Positions 32,177 to 42,617 of a DNA stretch of 64,000 nt are shown here, one piece after another. The stretch spans positions 819,998 through 883,997 of the forward strand of contig CAVUKA010000003.1 in the NCBI GenBank assembly GCA_963741945.1, written 5' to 3'. This DNA is from an uncultured Gemmatimonadales bacterium (GTDB taxonomy: Bacteria; Gemmatimonadota; Gemmatimonadetes; Longimicrobiales; RSA9). The notes under the pieces were generated by a model. That model searched no databases and had not been told where the DNA came from. It saw only the letters and a list, made by a program, of their open reading frames with translations. Numbering within the stretch: the first letter of the stretch is position 1; each line of letters starts with the position of its first letter. Position numbers and translations under genes: made by a program.

Positions 32177-34474
32177 CTACTCCGCGGCCTTGATTCTCTT
32201 CTGCAGCTCGTCGATGAGCGCCGAAGCCGTGCCCTCCGCGCCGCCGGTGAGCTCGTCGAGGGACTCCGCGCCGACCAGCCGGGCGGCCTCTGTCGGCGAC
32301 AGCCCGGCCTCGGAGACCAGGTCATCGATGAAGCGGCGCTGCCTGGCGCTCGCGGGCTTGCGCTCGTCGTAGACGCGGCGGAGCTCGTCGATGGCCGCGC
32401 TGGCCTGGACGCTGGTCCGGATCTCGTCGGGAGAGCGATGGCCGGTGAGCTGCTCGAGCTCGTCGTCGTCCAGGGCCAGGTCGGCCACGAGCTCGCGCAG
32501 GTAGGTCATCTGCCGCTCCGTCGGGGCGGGGTGGACGCCGGCGTCGCGGAGCTCGCGGATGAGCTCGCTGGCCTCATCGTAGGAGAGACCGGAAATGTGG
32601 GGATGTGCCGCGCGCACCTCCTCGGGCGCATTCTCCAGCAGCCGGTTGAGCGTCTTCTTCTGGCTGGAGACGATGCCGCCCGCCTTCTTCTTTTCGAGGG
32701 CGATGTTGTGCAGGTCGCGGACTTCGTCGCGCCATTCCTCCCAGCTCGCCGGCGCCGCCTCCTCACCCTCCGCGATCCGGTCCAGCCGCTCCTCCATCAC
32801 GGCAGTGAATTCGGGGCTGAACAGCTCCTCCACCACGCTCTCCTCGGCGCCATCCTTCGCGTACAGCGGCGCGGCGTGCAGCCAGATGATGCGGCCCCGC
32901 TCCGTGGGGACGAGGGCGCCATCCTCGAGCGCCACGTAGTCGCGCTCTTCCAGCTTCTCCACGGTGCGGCTGTACGTGGACGGCCGTCCGATCCCCGCGT
33001 CCTTCATGGCCTTGATCAGCGTGTGCGGCCGGTAGCGCGGCGGCGGCTTGGTCTCGTCCGCCACGAGCAGCGGGTTGTCGCGGTCGTCGGCGGGCGGGTC
33101 CAGCTCCCAGACCGCGCCCTCGGTCAGCGGGACGTCCGGCGGCGACGTGGCCACCTCGCCCATGAACTCGGCGTACGCGGCTTCCCAGCCGGCGAACGTG
33201 CGCCACGAGACGCTCCCCGTGAGCGGCCGGTCGAGCCCGTCGGCCGCGGCCCCGATGCTCACGATGGTGCGCTGCGACGGCGCCATCTGGCTCGCCAGCG
33301 TATGGGCGCGGATGAGGCGGTACATGCGACGCGCGTCGGCGTCGTCCAGCGCGGGCTCCTCCACTTCCAGACGCGTGGGGCGGATCGCCTCGTGCGCGTC
33401 CTGGACCGGCCCCTTCAGCACGCCGCTCGCCGTGCCCGGGCCCAGGTGGTCCTCGCCGAACGCCGCCTTCACCACGTCGCGCGCACGCGCCACCGCCGAC
33501 GCCGCGAGGCGGGTCGAGTCGGTGCGGATGTACGTGATGTGGCCGGCCTCGTAGAGCATCGACGCCAACGCGGACGTCTTCCGGGGCGACCACCCGAAGC
33601 GCGAGCCCGCGGCCTGGAGCAGCGCGTCCGTGGTCAGCGGCGAGTCCGGGCGACGCTGCCGCGTCCGCTCCGCCAGCAATGTCACGGTCACGCGCCCGGC
33701 CGCCTTCAACGCCCGCACTGCGCGCCCCGCCAGGTCGCCATCGAACGTGCGGGACGGATGCACCTTGCCCGCCTCGTCATGCCAGGCATCGGCGTCGTCG
33801 CGCTCGTGGAAGCGGACTTCCAGGTCCACGCCCAGCGCCAGCCCGTGCACTTCGAAATACGGGATCGGGACGTGCGCTTCGCGCTCCAGCTCCCGCTCCA
33901 CCACGAAGCCGAGCGTGGGCGTCTGCACGCGGCCCATCGACGCGGAGCCGCCCACCAGCGACTTCGCCGTCTTGGCCGACCGATACCCGATCAGCCGGTC
34001 CAGGAACTTGCGGACCAGCGCGCTCTCCACCATCCGCGCGTCCACCGGCCGCGGATTCGCGATGGCGGCCTCCACCGCCTCCCGCGTCACTTCCTGGAAC
34101 GCCACCCGGTGCGTGGGCCCGCGCTCGGAAAGGATGCGGTCGAGACACCAGGCGATGAACTCGCCCTCGCGGTCCGGGTCCGTGGCGATCCAGAACTCGG
34201 CCCCCTCATCGCCCGCCTCGCTGGCCGCGGCCTCCGCCTCCTCCACGATCTTCCGCACCGCCTCCTGCCCCCGCTCCGTCCATACCCACGGCGGCGACGG
34301 CAGCTCGCCCGGACGGTTCGCCCAGTACGCTTTCGACGCGTCCTTCCCGTGCAGCTTCCGGTTGTCCGGCAGCGTCTGCACGTGCCCGCCCGTCGCGAAC
34401 ACGCTCCACCCGGGACCCAGGTAGTTCTGCAGTGTTCGCGATTTCGCGGCCGATTCGACAATGAGGATATTCAT
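32177..34474 (-). CDS. Type IA DNA topoisomerase with atypical repeat C-terminus
   Basis: LIVESAAK, GGHV, ATDPDREGE, GRVQTPTL, GHITYIRTDS, DAHEAIRPT, GIGRPSTY. Confidence 0.93.
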   Translation of the reverse strand: MNILIVESAAKSRTLQNYLGPGWSVFATGGHVQTLPDNRKLHGKDASKAYWANRPGELPSPPWVWTERGQEAVRKIVEEAEAAASEAGDEGAEFWIATDPDREGEFIAWCLDRILSERGPTHRVAFQEVTREAVEAAIANPRPVDARMVESALVRKFLDRLIGYRSAKTAKSLVGGSASMGRVQTPTLGFVVERELEREAHVPIPYFEVHGLALGVDLEVRFHERDDADAWHDEAGKVHPSRTFDGDLAGRAVRALKAAGRVTVTLLAERTRQRRPDSPLTTDALLQAAGSRFGWSPRKTSALASMLYEAGHITYIRTDSTRLAASAVARARDVVKAAFGEDHLGPGTASGVLKGPVQDAHEAIRPTRLEVEEPALDDADARRMYRLIRAHTLASQMAPSQRTIVSIGAAADGLDRPLTGSVSWRTFAGWEAAYAEFMGEVATSPPDVPLTEGAVWELDPPADDRDNPLLVADETKPPPRYRPHTLIKAMKDAGIGRPSTYSRTVEKLEERDYVALEDGALVPTERGRIIWLHAAPLYAKDGAEESVVEELFSPEFTAVMEERLDRIAEGEEAAPASWEEWRDEVRDLHNIALEKKKAGGIVSSQKKTLNRLLENAPEEVRAAHPHISGLSYDEASELIRELRDAGVHPAPTERQMTYLRELVADLALDDDELEQLTGHRSPDEIRTSVQASAAIDELRRVYDERKPASARQRRFIDDLVSEAGLSPTEAARLVGAESLDELTGGAEGTASALIDELQKRIKAAE

Positions 34475-34659
34475 GCGGCCCGGACGGTAAAGGGTCGGCG
34501 GCCGGGGGACAAGGTGCGCGGGTGCCCCCGTGAGGCTGTCCCGACCGGGCCCGCGCCGCCATCTTCAGACTGGTGGACCGGTTGGCCGGTCCGCAGGGGC
34601 AACCGCGTCGCCGTCCGCCGTGGCGGTGGCGCTCCGGAACGGAGCCTGTCGTGATCACG

Positions 34660-35988
34660 ATGACGCCGACGACGGCGCAACCCGAGCGCGCGCTCGACCC
34701 TCTGCCACCGGATCTCCTCGAGGAGATCCGGGAAGGGCGGTGCGTGGCCTTCGTGGGGGCGGGCTTTTCCGCGCCGGCGGGGCTCCCCTCCTGGCGCGAC
34801 CTGCTGCTCCGGATCACCGGGGAAGTGGCCACGCCGGGAGTGCTGACGTACGCGTTGCACAGGCTCGGCAGCGGGTCGTCGGATGGCAACGAGGAGGTGG
34901 CGCAGATCCTCGAGCGCGAGCTGGGCCGGGAGCGGTTCGAGCGCGCGCTGCGGCGGGAGCTGGCCGTGGAGCGCTATCCCGACGCCATGACGAAGCGGCT
35001 CAACCTGCTCTACAACATCCCGTTCCAGGCCGTCCTGACCACGAACTTCGACACCGTGCTCCCCGGCGAGATCCCGGGACGCGACGTCTACCAGAAGGTG
35101 CTGAAGCACCAGCGGAGCGTCCGGTCTCTGTTCGCCCGCGCCATGAACGAGGGGAGCACGCACTGGCCCACGCCCGTGGTCAAGCTGCACGGCGACATCA
35201 CCCGGCCGGGCAGCACGGTTCTGTCGCGGCTCGACTACCGCCGGCGGCTCTACAGCGATATCGCCTATCTCGGGTTCCTGCGCTCCGTCTTCCTGTACAA
35301 CACGGTCCTCTATCTCGGCTTCTCCTTCACGGACGCCTACATCAACCAGCTCCGCTCCGAGACGCTGGAGATGCTGGGCCGCCGCCCGGAAGACCGCCCC
35401 CGTTCCTACGCCGTCATCAACGACGTGCCCGATGTCGCCCGCAAACACCTGCTGGAAGTGGAAGGGATCGAGGTCCTCTCCTACGACAGCCGGGCCGGGA
35501 CCGACTTCAGCGATTTCGACCGGATCCTGGAAGCGATCCAGGATCACACCAACCCGCTGGCCCACTTCGGACGGATGCTCGCCGACAAGCGCATCCTCTG
35601 GGTGGACCAGGACCGCCGCAACGTGGAGCCCATCACCGACGTGGTGCTTCCCGCCGCGGCCGCCGCCGCCAAGGCGCCCCCCTGCCGCGTCGACTTCGCC
35701 CCCACGGTGGTGGACGCCGTCTCCAGGCTCCGGCGCGACAGTGGCTACGACCTCGTCATCACCCACTGGGGCCATTACGCCCCGGGCTGCCCCACCGCGC
35801 TGCAGATCCTCTCCCACATCCGGGCCAGCGACGTGCAGGTGCCCCTGATCGTCTTCGCCTCCGTCGATTACGCCGACGAGAACAAGGCCGAGCTGCTGCG
35901 CCGCGGGGGAATCGGATACTACCACAGCTGGGATGGCGTGCTGCGCGGGATGGAGCACGTGTTCTCCTCCGCCCGCGACGAGGGCTGA
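34660..35988 (+). CDS. SIR2-like domain protein fused to C-terminal receiver-like domain
   Basis: FVGAGFS..AGLPSW, LTTNFD, KLHGD, LYLGFSFTD; C-terminal RILWVDQD...YDLVITH...PLIVFAS. Confidence 0.85.
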   Translation: MTPTTAQPERALDPLPPDLLEEIREGRCVAFVGAGFSAPAGLPSWRDLLLRITGEVATPGVLTYALHRLGSGSSDGNEEVAQILERELGRERFERALRRELAVERYPDAMTKRLNLLYNIPFQAVLTTNFDTVLPGEIPGRDVYQKVLKHQRSVRSLFARAMNEGSTHWPTPVVKLHGDITRPGSTVLSRLDYRRRLYSDIAYLGFLRSVFLYNTVLYLGFSFTDAYINQLRSETLEMLGRRPEDRPRSYAVINDVPDVARKHLLEVEGIEVLSYDSRAGTDFSDFDRILEAIQDHTNPLAHFGRMLADKRILWVDQDRRNVEPITDVVLPAAAAAAKAPPCRVDFAPTVVDAVSRLRRDSGYDLVITHWGHYAPGCPTALQILSHIRASDVQVPLIVFASVDYADENKAELLRRGGIGYYHSWDGVLRGMEHVFSSARDEG

Positions 35989-36009
35989 GGCCGGCAGCCT
36001 ACCCGGGCC

Positions 36010-36408
36010 ATGTCGCCATCCGAGCCACCCGCCATTCCCGTCCTCGCCGCCGTCATCCGGCGCGGCAACCACGTCCTCCTCGGCCGCCGACCCGCCGGAA
36101 CGCGCCATGCCGGGCTGTGGGAGTTCCCGGGTGGCAAGCTGGAGCCCGGCGAGTCGTGGACCGGGGCTGCGACGAGGGAGCTGCGGGAGGAGCTGGGCGT
36201 GGAAGTCGCCCGCGTCGGAACCCCTCTTCGGCGGCACCAGGACCCCGGCTCCCGCTTCGAGATCGTCTTCGCCGACGTGGAGATCCGCGGCGAGCCACGG
36301 CCGCTCGAGCACGACGAGCTGCGGTGGGTCCGAACGGAGGAGCTGTCCGCGCTGCCCATGCCCCCCGCGGATGCCGCGTTCGTCGACTGGCTGGCCGGGC
36401 GGCGCTGA
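36010..36408 (+). CDS. Nudix hydrolase, MutT-like
   Basis: Nudix box WEFPGGKLEPGESWTGAATRELREELG. Confidence 0.92.
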   Translation: MSPSEPPAIPVLAAVIRRGNHVLLGRRPAGTRHAGLWEFPGGKLEPGESWTGAATRELREELGVEVARVGTPLRRHQDPGSRFEIVFADVEIRGEPRPLEHDELRWVRTEELSALPMPPADAAFVDWLAGRR

Positions 36409-36481
36409 GGGGGGGATCACGCACGGCCCCGACGCCCGGGGGGGGCGGCCGGACCGTGTCAGGGGGCGACGGGGCCGTGAA

Positions 36482-37135
36482 TCAGAACCGGGCGGGCTCC
36501 CGCGCGCGGCGGACGGTCCACTCGTGCAGCGGCTGCATGCGCGCCCTCGCCTCCGCGAACAGAGTCTCCCACGCCATCCGTCCACCCGCCTCGTACTCGA
36601 ACGTCAGGCGCGGCGAGACTTCGCCTTCCACCTGCTCGCCGCCATCCAGCGTCACCACCTGCGTGGCGCGGCCGCGGAGCCGCCGGCGGGCGTTGAGGCA
36701 GCCGGACGCCTCGTCGAGAGACGCCCTCCACCCCTCCGGCGAGAGGTCGCCGAGGGCGATGGGCGTGGGCCCGATGAAGCCCTCCTCGATCTCCGGGCGG
36801 GCCATGGGCTGCCAGTAGTCGCGCCGCCAGAGCAGACGCACGGAAGCCAGTCCCGGATGCTCGCGCAGCAGCACGAACAGCCGGGGCTCCCGCAGCTCAC
36901 GCCCGATCAGGCGGGCGACGGGCCAGTCGTCGTACTGCATCCCCTCGAGGTTCACCCCCACCCACTGGCGACCATCGCGGGGATCGTAGCCCGCGGTCCA
37001 CTGCACGCCCTCCTCGTCGTCGCTGAGGCCGCCCACCTTCGCGGCCGGGCTGCCGAACGGGGCCAGACGACTTCCGAACACGCGGCTGAACGCGACGCGC
37101 ATCGCGTCGGCTTCCGGACCGAGCCATTCCAGCAT
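36482..37135 (-). CDS. Hypothetical protein
   Basis: 217-aa ORF with globular composition (GVNLEGMQYDDWPVAR); no family recognised. Confidence 0.7.
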   Translation of the reverse strand: MLEWLGPEADAMRVAFSRVFGSRLAPFGSPAAKVGGLSDDEEGVQWTAGYDPRDGRQWVGVNLEGMQYDDWPVARLIGRELREPRLFVLLREHPGLASVRLLWRRDYWQPMARPEIEEGFIGPTPIALGDLSPEGWRASLDEASGCLNARRRLRGRATQVVTLDGGEQVEGEVSPRLTFEYEAGGRMAWETLFAEARARMQPLHEWTVRRAREPARF

Positions 37136-37334
37136 TTAAGCGCTCCTGTGGGGACAACGTCCGGCGAGGCGGGGTGCCGCGGCCGGCGAGAAAATGGCCG
37201 CCGGCGCCCGGGCCCGCAACGATTCGCGTCAGGCCGCCAGCTCCTCCGTCGAGCCCGGGCACGACTCCCGGCGCGACGCCTGCCACGACGAGCAACACGC
37301 TGAAGATAACACGGGGCGGGATGTCCCGGGGCCG

Positions 37335-37880
37335 AACGCCCTCGACGCCCTCGACGCCCTCGACGCCCTCGTCGTCCTCGTCGTCCTCGTCGTCCTCGTC
37401 GTCCTCGTCGCCCTCGTCGCCCTCGTCGCCCTCGTCTCCCCGTCTCCCTCGTCGTCCTCGTCGCCCTCGTCGCCCTCGTCGCCCTCGTCGTCCTCGTCGT
37501 CCTCGTCGTCCTCGACGCCCTCGTCGCCCTCGTCGCCCTCGTCGCCCTCGTCGCCCTCGTCGCCCTCGTCGCCCTCGTCGCCCTCGTCGTCCTCGACGCC
37601 CTCGTCGTCCTCGACGCCCTCGACGCCCTCGTCGCCCTCGTCGCCCTCGTCGCCCTCGTCGCCCTCGTCGCCCTCGTCGCCCTCGTCGCCCTCGTCGCCC
37701 TCGTCGCCCTCGTCGTCCTCGACGCCCTCGTCGCCCTCGTCGTCCTCGTCGCCCTCGTCGTCCTCGTCGTCCTCGTCGTCCTCGTCGTCCTCGTCGTCCT
37801 CGTCGTCCTCGTCGTCCTCGTCGTCCTCGACGTCCTCGACGTCCTCGTCGTCCTCGTCGCCCTCGTCGCCCTCGTCTCCC
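37335..37880. repeat. 9-bp tandem array of CCTCGTCGC / CCTCGTCGT / CCTCGACGC variants, about 60 units
   Basis: Directly visible; open in several frames (DEG/DED, TRA, SSP, RRP). Confidence 0.95.
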
Positions 37881-38253
37881 CGTCGCCCCGGCGCCCTCGG
37901 CCGTCGCGCGCCTTCTCCAGGCACCGCCCCGTGGCAGTCATGTCCCTCTCTCCGGGAGTCAAGTCGACTCCTCGAACGGTCGAGAGGGCCCCGCTGTCAG
38001 GTTGGCGGCGGGTTTCGCCGTCAATTCGACCTGACGCCGCGAAGCCGAACCTCACGATGTCGGTTCCGGCCCGTTCCGCGCGGACAACATGACAACAGGC
38101 TCAGTCGGGCGGTCGAGTGGTCGAGTTAGCCGTGGGACGAAGGGCCGCACAGGTGCCCGGGAGCGGGGTGTCGTGTTCCACCATGGATGTGCCCCAGGAG
38201 AGGTGGCACGTTCGCGGCCTGAACCGGGTGGGTGCGGAGGAGCTCATGGAGCC

Positions 38254-39198
38254 ATGACGCGACAGGACGTGGATCGGACCATCGACGAACTGGCTGTGGC
38301 ACAGCACGGCGTGGTGGGGCGGCGCCAGCTGCTGCAGGTCGGCGTTGCGGCGCATGTGATCGATCGCCGGGTGGCCGGCGGCCGGCTGACGCGAGTGCAC
38401 CGCGGCGTGTATCGGGTCGGCCCGCTGGCGCCGCCGTGGGCCGAGGAGATGGCCGCAGTCCTGGCGAGCGGGGAGAACGCCGCACTGTGCGCCGGGAGCG
38501 CGGGCGCACTGTGGCAGGTGCTGCCGGCCGGCGAGCGGCCGGTGCCGCCGCACGTGGCCGTGCCGGGTCGGAATTGTCGCCCGGCGGGGGTGCGGGTGCA
38601 CCGCGTCGCCGTGCTCGGGCCCGCCGAAGTCACGCGGTGCGACGGGATTCCCGTGACGGCGCCTGCGCGTACGCTCGTGGACCTGGGCGGCTCGCTCGGT
38701 GCCAGGGCGCTGGAGCGGGCGGTGGCCGAGGCGTTCGCCCTCCGGCTGACCGGCGAACGGGGACTCCGCAGACAGCTCGCGCGGCATCCCGGGGCAAGAG
38801 GCGTTCGGGCGATCCGGGCGCTGCTCGGAGCCGACTTGCCGCTGCGCACCCGCTCCGAAGCGGAGGAGCGATTCCTCGCCCTCGTGACCGAGGCCGGGCT
38901 GCCGCGCCCCCGGGGCAACGTCCGGGTCCTCGGGATGGAAGTCGATTTCTGCTGGCCTGACGAAAGCCTGATCGTCGAGATCGATGGACTGGCTTTTCAC
39001 CATTCCCCGCCGTCGTTCGAGCGGGACCGGCGTCGCCACGACACGCTCGCCGCCGCGGGCTTCACGATCCTGAGGTTCACGTGGACGCGGCTGGTGGAGG
39101 AGCCCAAACCGGTAATCGGCCAGGTCGCGCTGGCGCTCGGGATCTCGCGCGGTCGAAGATGGCGGGCCGCGCCGACGCCGCCGGCGGCCGCGAGGTAG
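38254..39198 (+). CDS. AbiEi-like antitoxin N-terminal domain plus DUF559 (Vsr-like) endonuclease domain
   Basis: LAVAQHGVVGRRQLL, RVHRGVY, GIPVTAPARTLVDL, TRSEAE, EVDFCW, IVEIDG..FH, DRRR..L..AGFTILRFTW. Confidence 0.88.
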   Translation: MTRQDVDRTIDELAVAQHGVVGRRQLLQVGVAAHVIDRRVAGGRLTRVHRGVYRVGPLAPPWAEEMAAVLASGENAALCAGSAGALWQVLPAGERPVPPHVAVPGRNCRPAGVRVHRVAVLGPAEVTRCDGIPVTAPARTLVDLGGSLGARALERAVAEAFALRLTGERGLRRQLARHPGARGVRAIRALLGADLPLRTRSEAEERFLALVTEAGLPRPRGNVRVLGMEVDFCWPDESLIVEIDGLAFHHSPPSFERDRRRHDTLAAAGFTILRFTWTRLVEEPKPVIGQVALALGISRGRRWRAAPTPPAAAR

Positions 39199-39493
39199 GC
39201 GAGGTGAACGCGACTCCTCGATTGCGGTTGAGTGCGGCCGTGGCGATCTGACGTCGATTTTCGCGGGGTTCTCGACATGGCGCCATGTGGGCTCGCCCCG
39301 GCGAGTCGAGTTTATCAGCTTCGGCGAGGTCAATGTGCCCAGAGCACCGAGCCGAGACACCGAGGGGTCGAATTGACCGCGGATCACGCCCCGCCCCCGC
39401 CCCGCCCCCTGGCGCCGGCTGCCCCCCTGGCGCCCGCCCACCTGGCGCCGCCCACCCCCCCGGGCGCCCCCTGGCCCCCTGCCCCCCCTCGGC

Positions 39494-42400
39494 TCAGGAG
39501 CCGCCGCCGGTCGGCTCCCGCGCCCGGTCGAGCCACGGCACGCCGTCCTTCATCCATTCCGGCGCGGGCGCGTCCTTCAGGTAATGGTCGAAGAACTGCT
39601 TCATGCGGCGCTGGAAGTCCTTCTGGTTGGCCTCCTTCGCCAGGTGGTGCGGCTCGTCGGCGTAGGACAGGAAGATGACTTTCTTCCCCAGCTCGCGGGC
39701 GGCGATGTAGAACTCCAGCCCCTGGTTCCAGTCCACGGCGCCATCGGCGGTGCCCTGGAGGATGAGGAAGGGCGTGGTGATGTCGGGCGCGTGGGTAACG
39801 GGCGACTGGTCCTCGTACAGCGACAGGCTGTCCCACGGCGTCACGCCCATGCGCCCCTGGCTCCACTCGATGATCGCCGCGTTGGGGCCGCCGGTGCTCT
39901 TGTACAGGATGTTGTGCATGCTCACCAGGTCGGTGAGCGGCGCGCCCGTGACCACGGCGGCGAACAGGTCCGTCTGCGTCACGATGTACGACGACTCGTA
40001 CCCGCCCCACGAGTGCCCCTGGAGCCCGATGTGGGCGGGGTCCGCGTAGCCGAGGTCGATGGCCCGGTGGACGGCGGCGCTCACGTCGTCCAGCGCGGAC
40101 GACCCCGGCTGCCCCTCCGTGTACACGATGTCCGGCATGAGCACCAGGTAGCCGTCGGAGGCGTACTCGGACATGTGCGGCCGGTCGTCGTAGACGGGCT
40201 GCGAGAAAGCGTGGTGCATCTGCGACATCTTCTCGTAGAAGTACACCAGCATCGGGTACTTCTTCCCCTTCTCGTACCCGGCCGGGAGCGTCAGCGTGGC
40301 CTGGAGGTGGTTGCCGCGGCCGTCCACGTAGTCGATGAGCCGCCGCGTCCCCCAGGCGTAATCGTCGAGCTGCGGGTTGCCGTCGGTCGCCCGGGCGGGG
40401 CGGCGGAAGCCGGTGTCCGTGACCCACCAGTCCGGGAACGCCTCGAACGTCTGCTTCGTGTAGACGACGACATCCGCGTCGCCCGCCTTCGTCACCCCCC
40501 CGTACATGGCGTCCCCCCACACCATCGGCTCCGGCGCCGACGCCCCCGGCTCCAGCCGCCACCAGCCGGACTTCTTCGTCCAGTCGCCGTAGGCCGACAG
40601 CAGCACCGGCTTCGACAGGTCCACCGCCTCCGCCGGCCCGCCGCCGAACCGCCCGGAGCGCCGCGCCGCCCGGGGCGCCGACCGCGTGTCGAAGGAGAAG
40701 CCGGGCTCGATGCGGAAGCGGATGCTGTCCCGGTCCGCCATGCCGCCCGTCAGGCTCCAGACCGCGTCGGCCTGCCCGCGCGCCGCCGGGTGGCGAACCG
40801 CCGCCGCCCGTCCGCGCGCCGGGCCGCGCCGGCCGCCGGGTCACCGGCCACGCCCTCGGTGCCGGCGGCGGCCGGGAGCGGGACCGCCCAGACGTCGTAT
40901 TGCGTGTTGAGCAGGACCTGGCGCCCGTCCTTCGACCAACCCGCCACGCCCCACGTGCCGACCTCGCCCGGGATCTGGCGGTCGTTCTCGCTGAAGTCCG
41001 CGCCCGCGACGTCCGAAAGGTTCACCGTGCGGCCCGTGGCGATCTCCGTGGCCATGGCCTCGCCCGCCCGGGCCCAGGCGTACCATTTCCCGTCGGGCGA
41101 CGCGCCCATGGGGCTGCGCACGCTGTCCGCCAGCGCAATCGCCTCGCCCGTGCGCGTGTCGATGCGCACGATGTCCGCCCTGCCCGGCTGCGCCAGCAGG
41201 TCGAGGCGGTAGGGGCCGTCGCGGCGGCCAATGGCATAGTTGCCCTGGCCCACCACTTCCACGCGGGGCATGGCTTCCGTGGCCAGGCGCACGAACCGGC
41301 CGCCGGGCACGGACACCACGGACGTGTACGTGAAGCGGCGGTCCGCGGGGGCCTGCACCTCCTGCACCGACTGCACGCGCTCGTCCGCGTAGTGCCAGAC
41401 CGTGACGTCGGCCCGGTCGTCGTCGCCCTCCGGCTCGACTTTCGCCTTCTGCTCCCTGACGCCCACCACCAGGCGAGCATGGTCCTTCGTCCACGTGGGC
41501 CGGGCGTTCTCGCTCAGGACGAAGCCGGCGGGGAAAGCGTCGTCGGACGACGGGTCGTACGTGAACGGCCCGGCGTCGCCCGCCGGCGCCGCACCCGCCG
41601 GCGCCCCGGGAGCCAGCGCCTCGCCCGCGTCCGGCCACGCCAGCAGCACGTTGGCCCGCTCTTCCATCCCCTTCACCGTGTCCCCCTTCAGCACGGCCAG
41701 GCTCTTCCCGTCCTCGCTCCAGCCCAGGCCATCGTAGAGCCACGGCCCCGTCGAGAGCGCCACCGTGCGGCCGGCCGCCGGGTCCAGCAGGTAGGCGCCG
41801 TTGCCCGCGCGGTCCCCGGCGTCCACCAGGTAGGCCAGCCGCGCGCCGGTGGAGTCGAACGCGAATGCGGACACGTTGCCGATGTTGCGCAGCGAGCGGT
41901 CGCCCAGGTCCACGAGGACCAGGTCCGCGCCGTCGTGCTCGGCTTTCGGGTCCGCCTTGGCCTTGTGCACCGCCAGCCAGCGCCCGCCCTCGGCGAACGC
42001 CACGTCCCGCGCGTCCGCGATGGAGTCCCGCGCGCCCGTCCGCAGGTCGATCCAGTGCGCCATGCGTGGCACCGGCTTCTTCTCCTTCCGCAGCTTCTTC
42101 GCCTCCGTCTCCCCCGGCGACGTCATGAACGCCACGTGCATCCCGTCGCTGGCGAACACGGGCGACGCGCCGTTCGCGGCGGTGTAGTCCTCCTCGCCTC
42201 GCAGCGCCTTCACGTGCAGCTCGCCGTCCCCGTCGTTGGGCTCGTACGAGAACGCCAGCCAGCCGCCGTCCGGCGAGAGCTCCACGTTCCGGATCTGCCG
42301 CCACTCCCCGTAGTCGGCCAGCGTCAGCACCTTCCTGCCGTCCCGCATGGGGTGCGCCTGCGGCGAGGCGGGCGAGGGCGAGGGGGCGGGGGCGGCGGGC

Positions 42401-42510
42401 CGCGGGGGGCGCTGCGCGGCGGCGGCGCCGGGCAGCACCGCGGGCGCGGCCAGGGCGAGGAGCAGGGCTGGCAGGGGGAAGCGGAAGGACCGGCGTCGGT
42501 GCGTGTGCAT
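39494..42510 (-). pseudogene. Secreted S9 prolyl oligopeptidase split by a frameshift near 40780-40860 (pseudogene or sequence error)
   Basis: N-terminal propeller ORF 40750-42510 and catalytic ORF 39494-40741 (GHSWGG, QGTADGAV, EPHH); the catalytic frame stays open upstream of its ATG (..AVWSLTGGMADRDSIRFR). Confidence 0.85.
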
Positions 42511-42617
42511 GGCTGTCTCTGGTGCTGGCGCCCGGGCGGGCGGCTGGGTGGATCGCGGACCGGGTGCAGGTTGGCACCGGCGGTCGGGGGAGGCAAGGCC
42601 GCCGGGGAGGCGGCCTG

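Noticed and set aside
39385-39492. C-rich low-complexity tract (potential G-quadruplex on the minus strand)
   Set aside because: Irregular C runs with almost no A/T resemble low-quality base calls; cannot be supported without reads.
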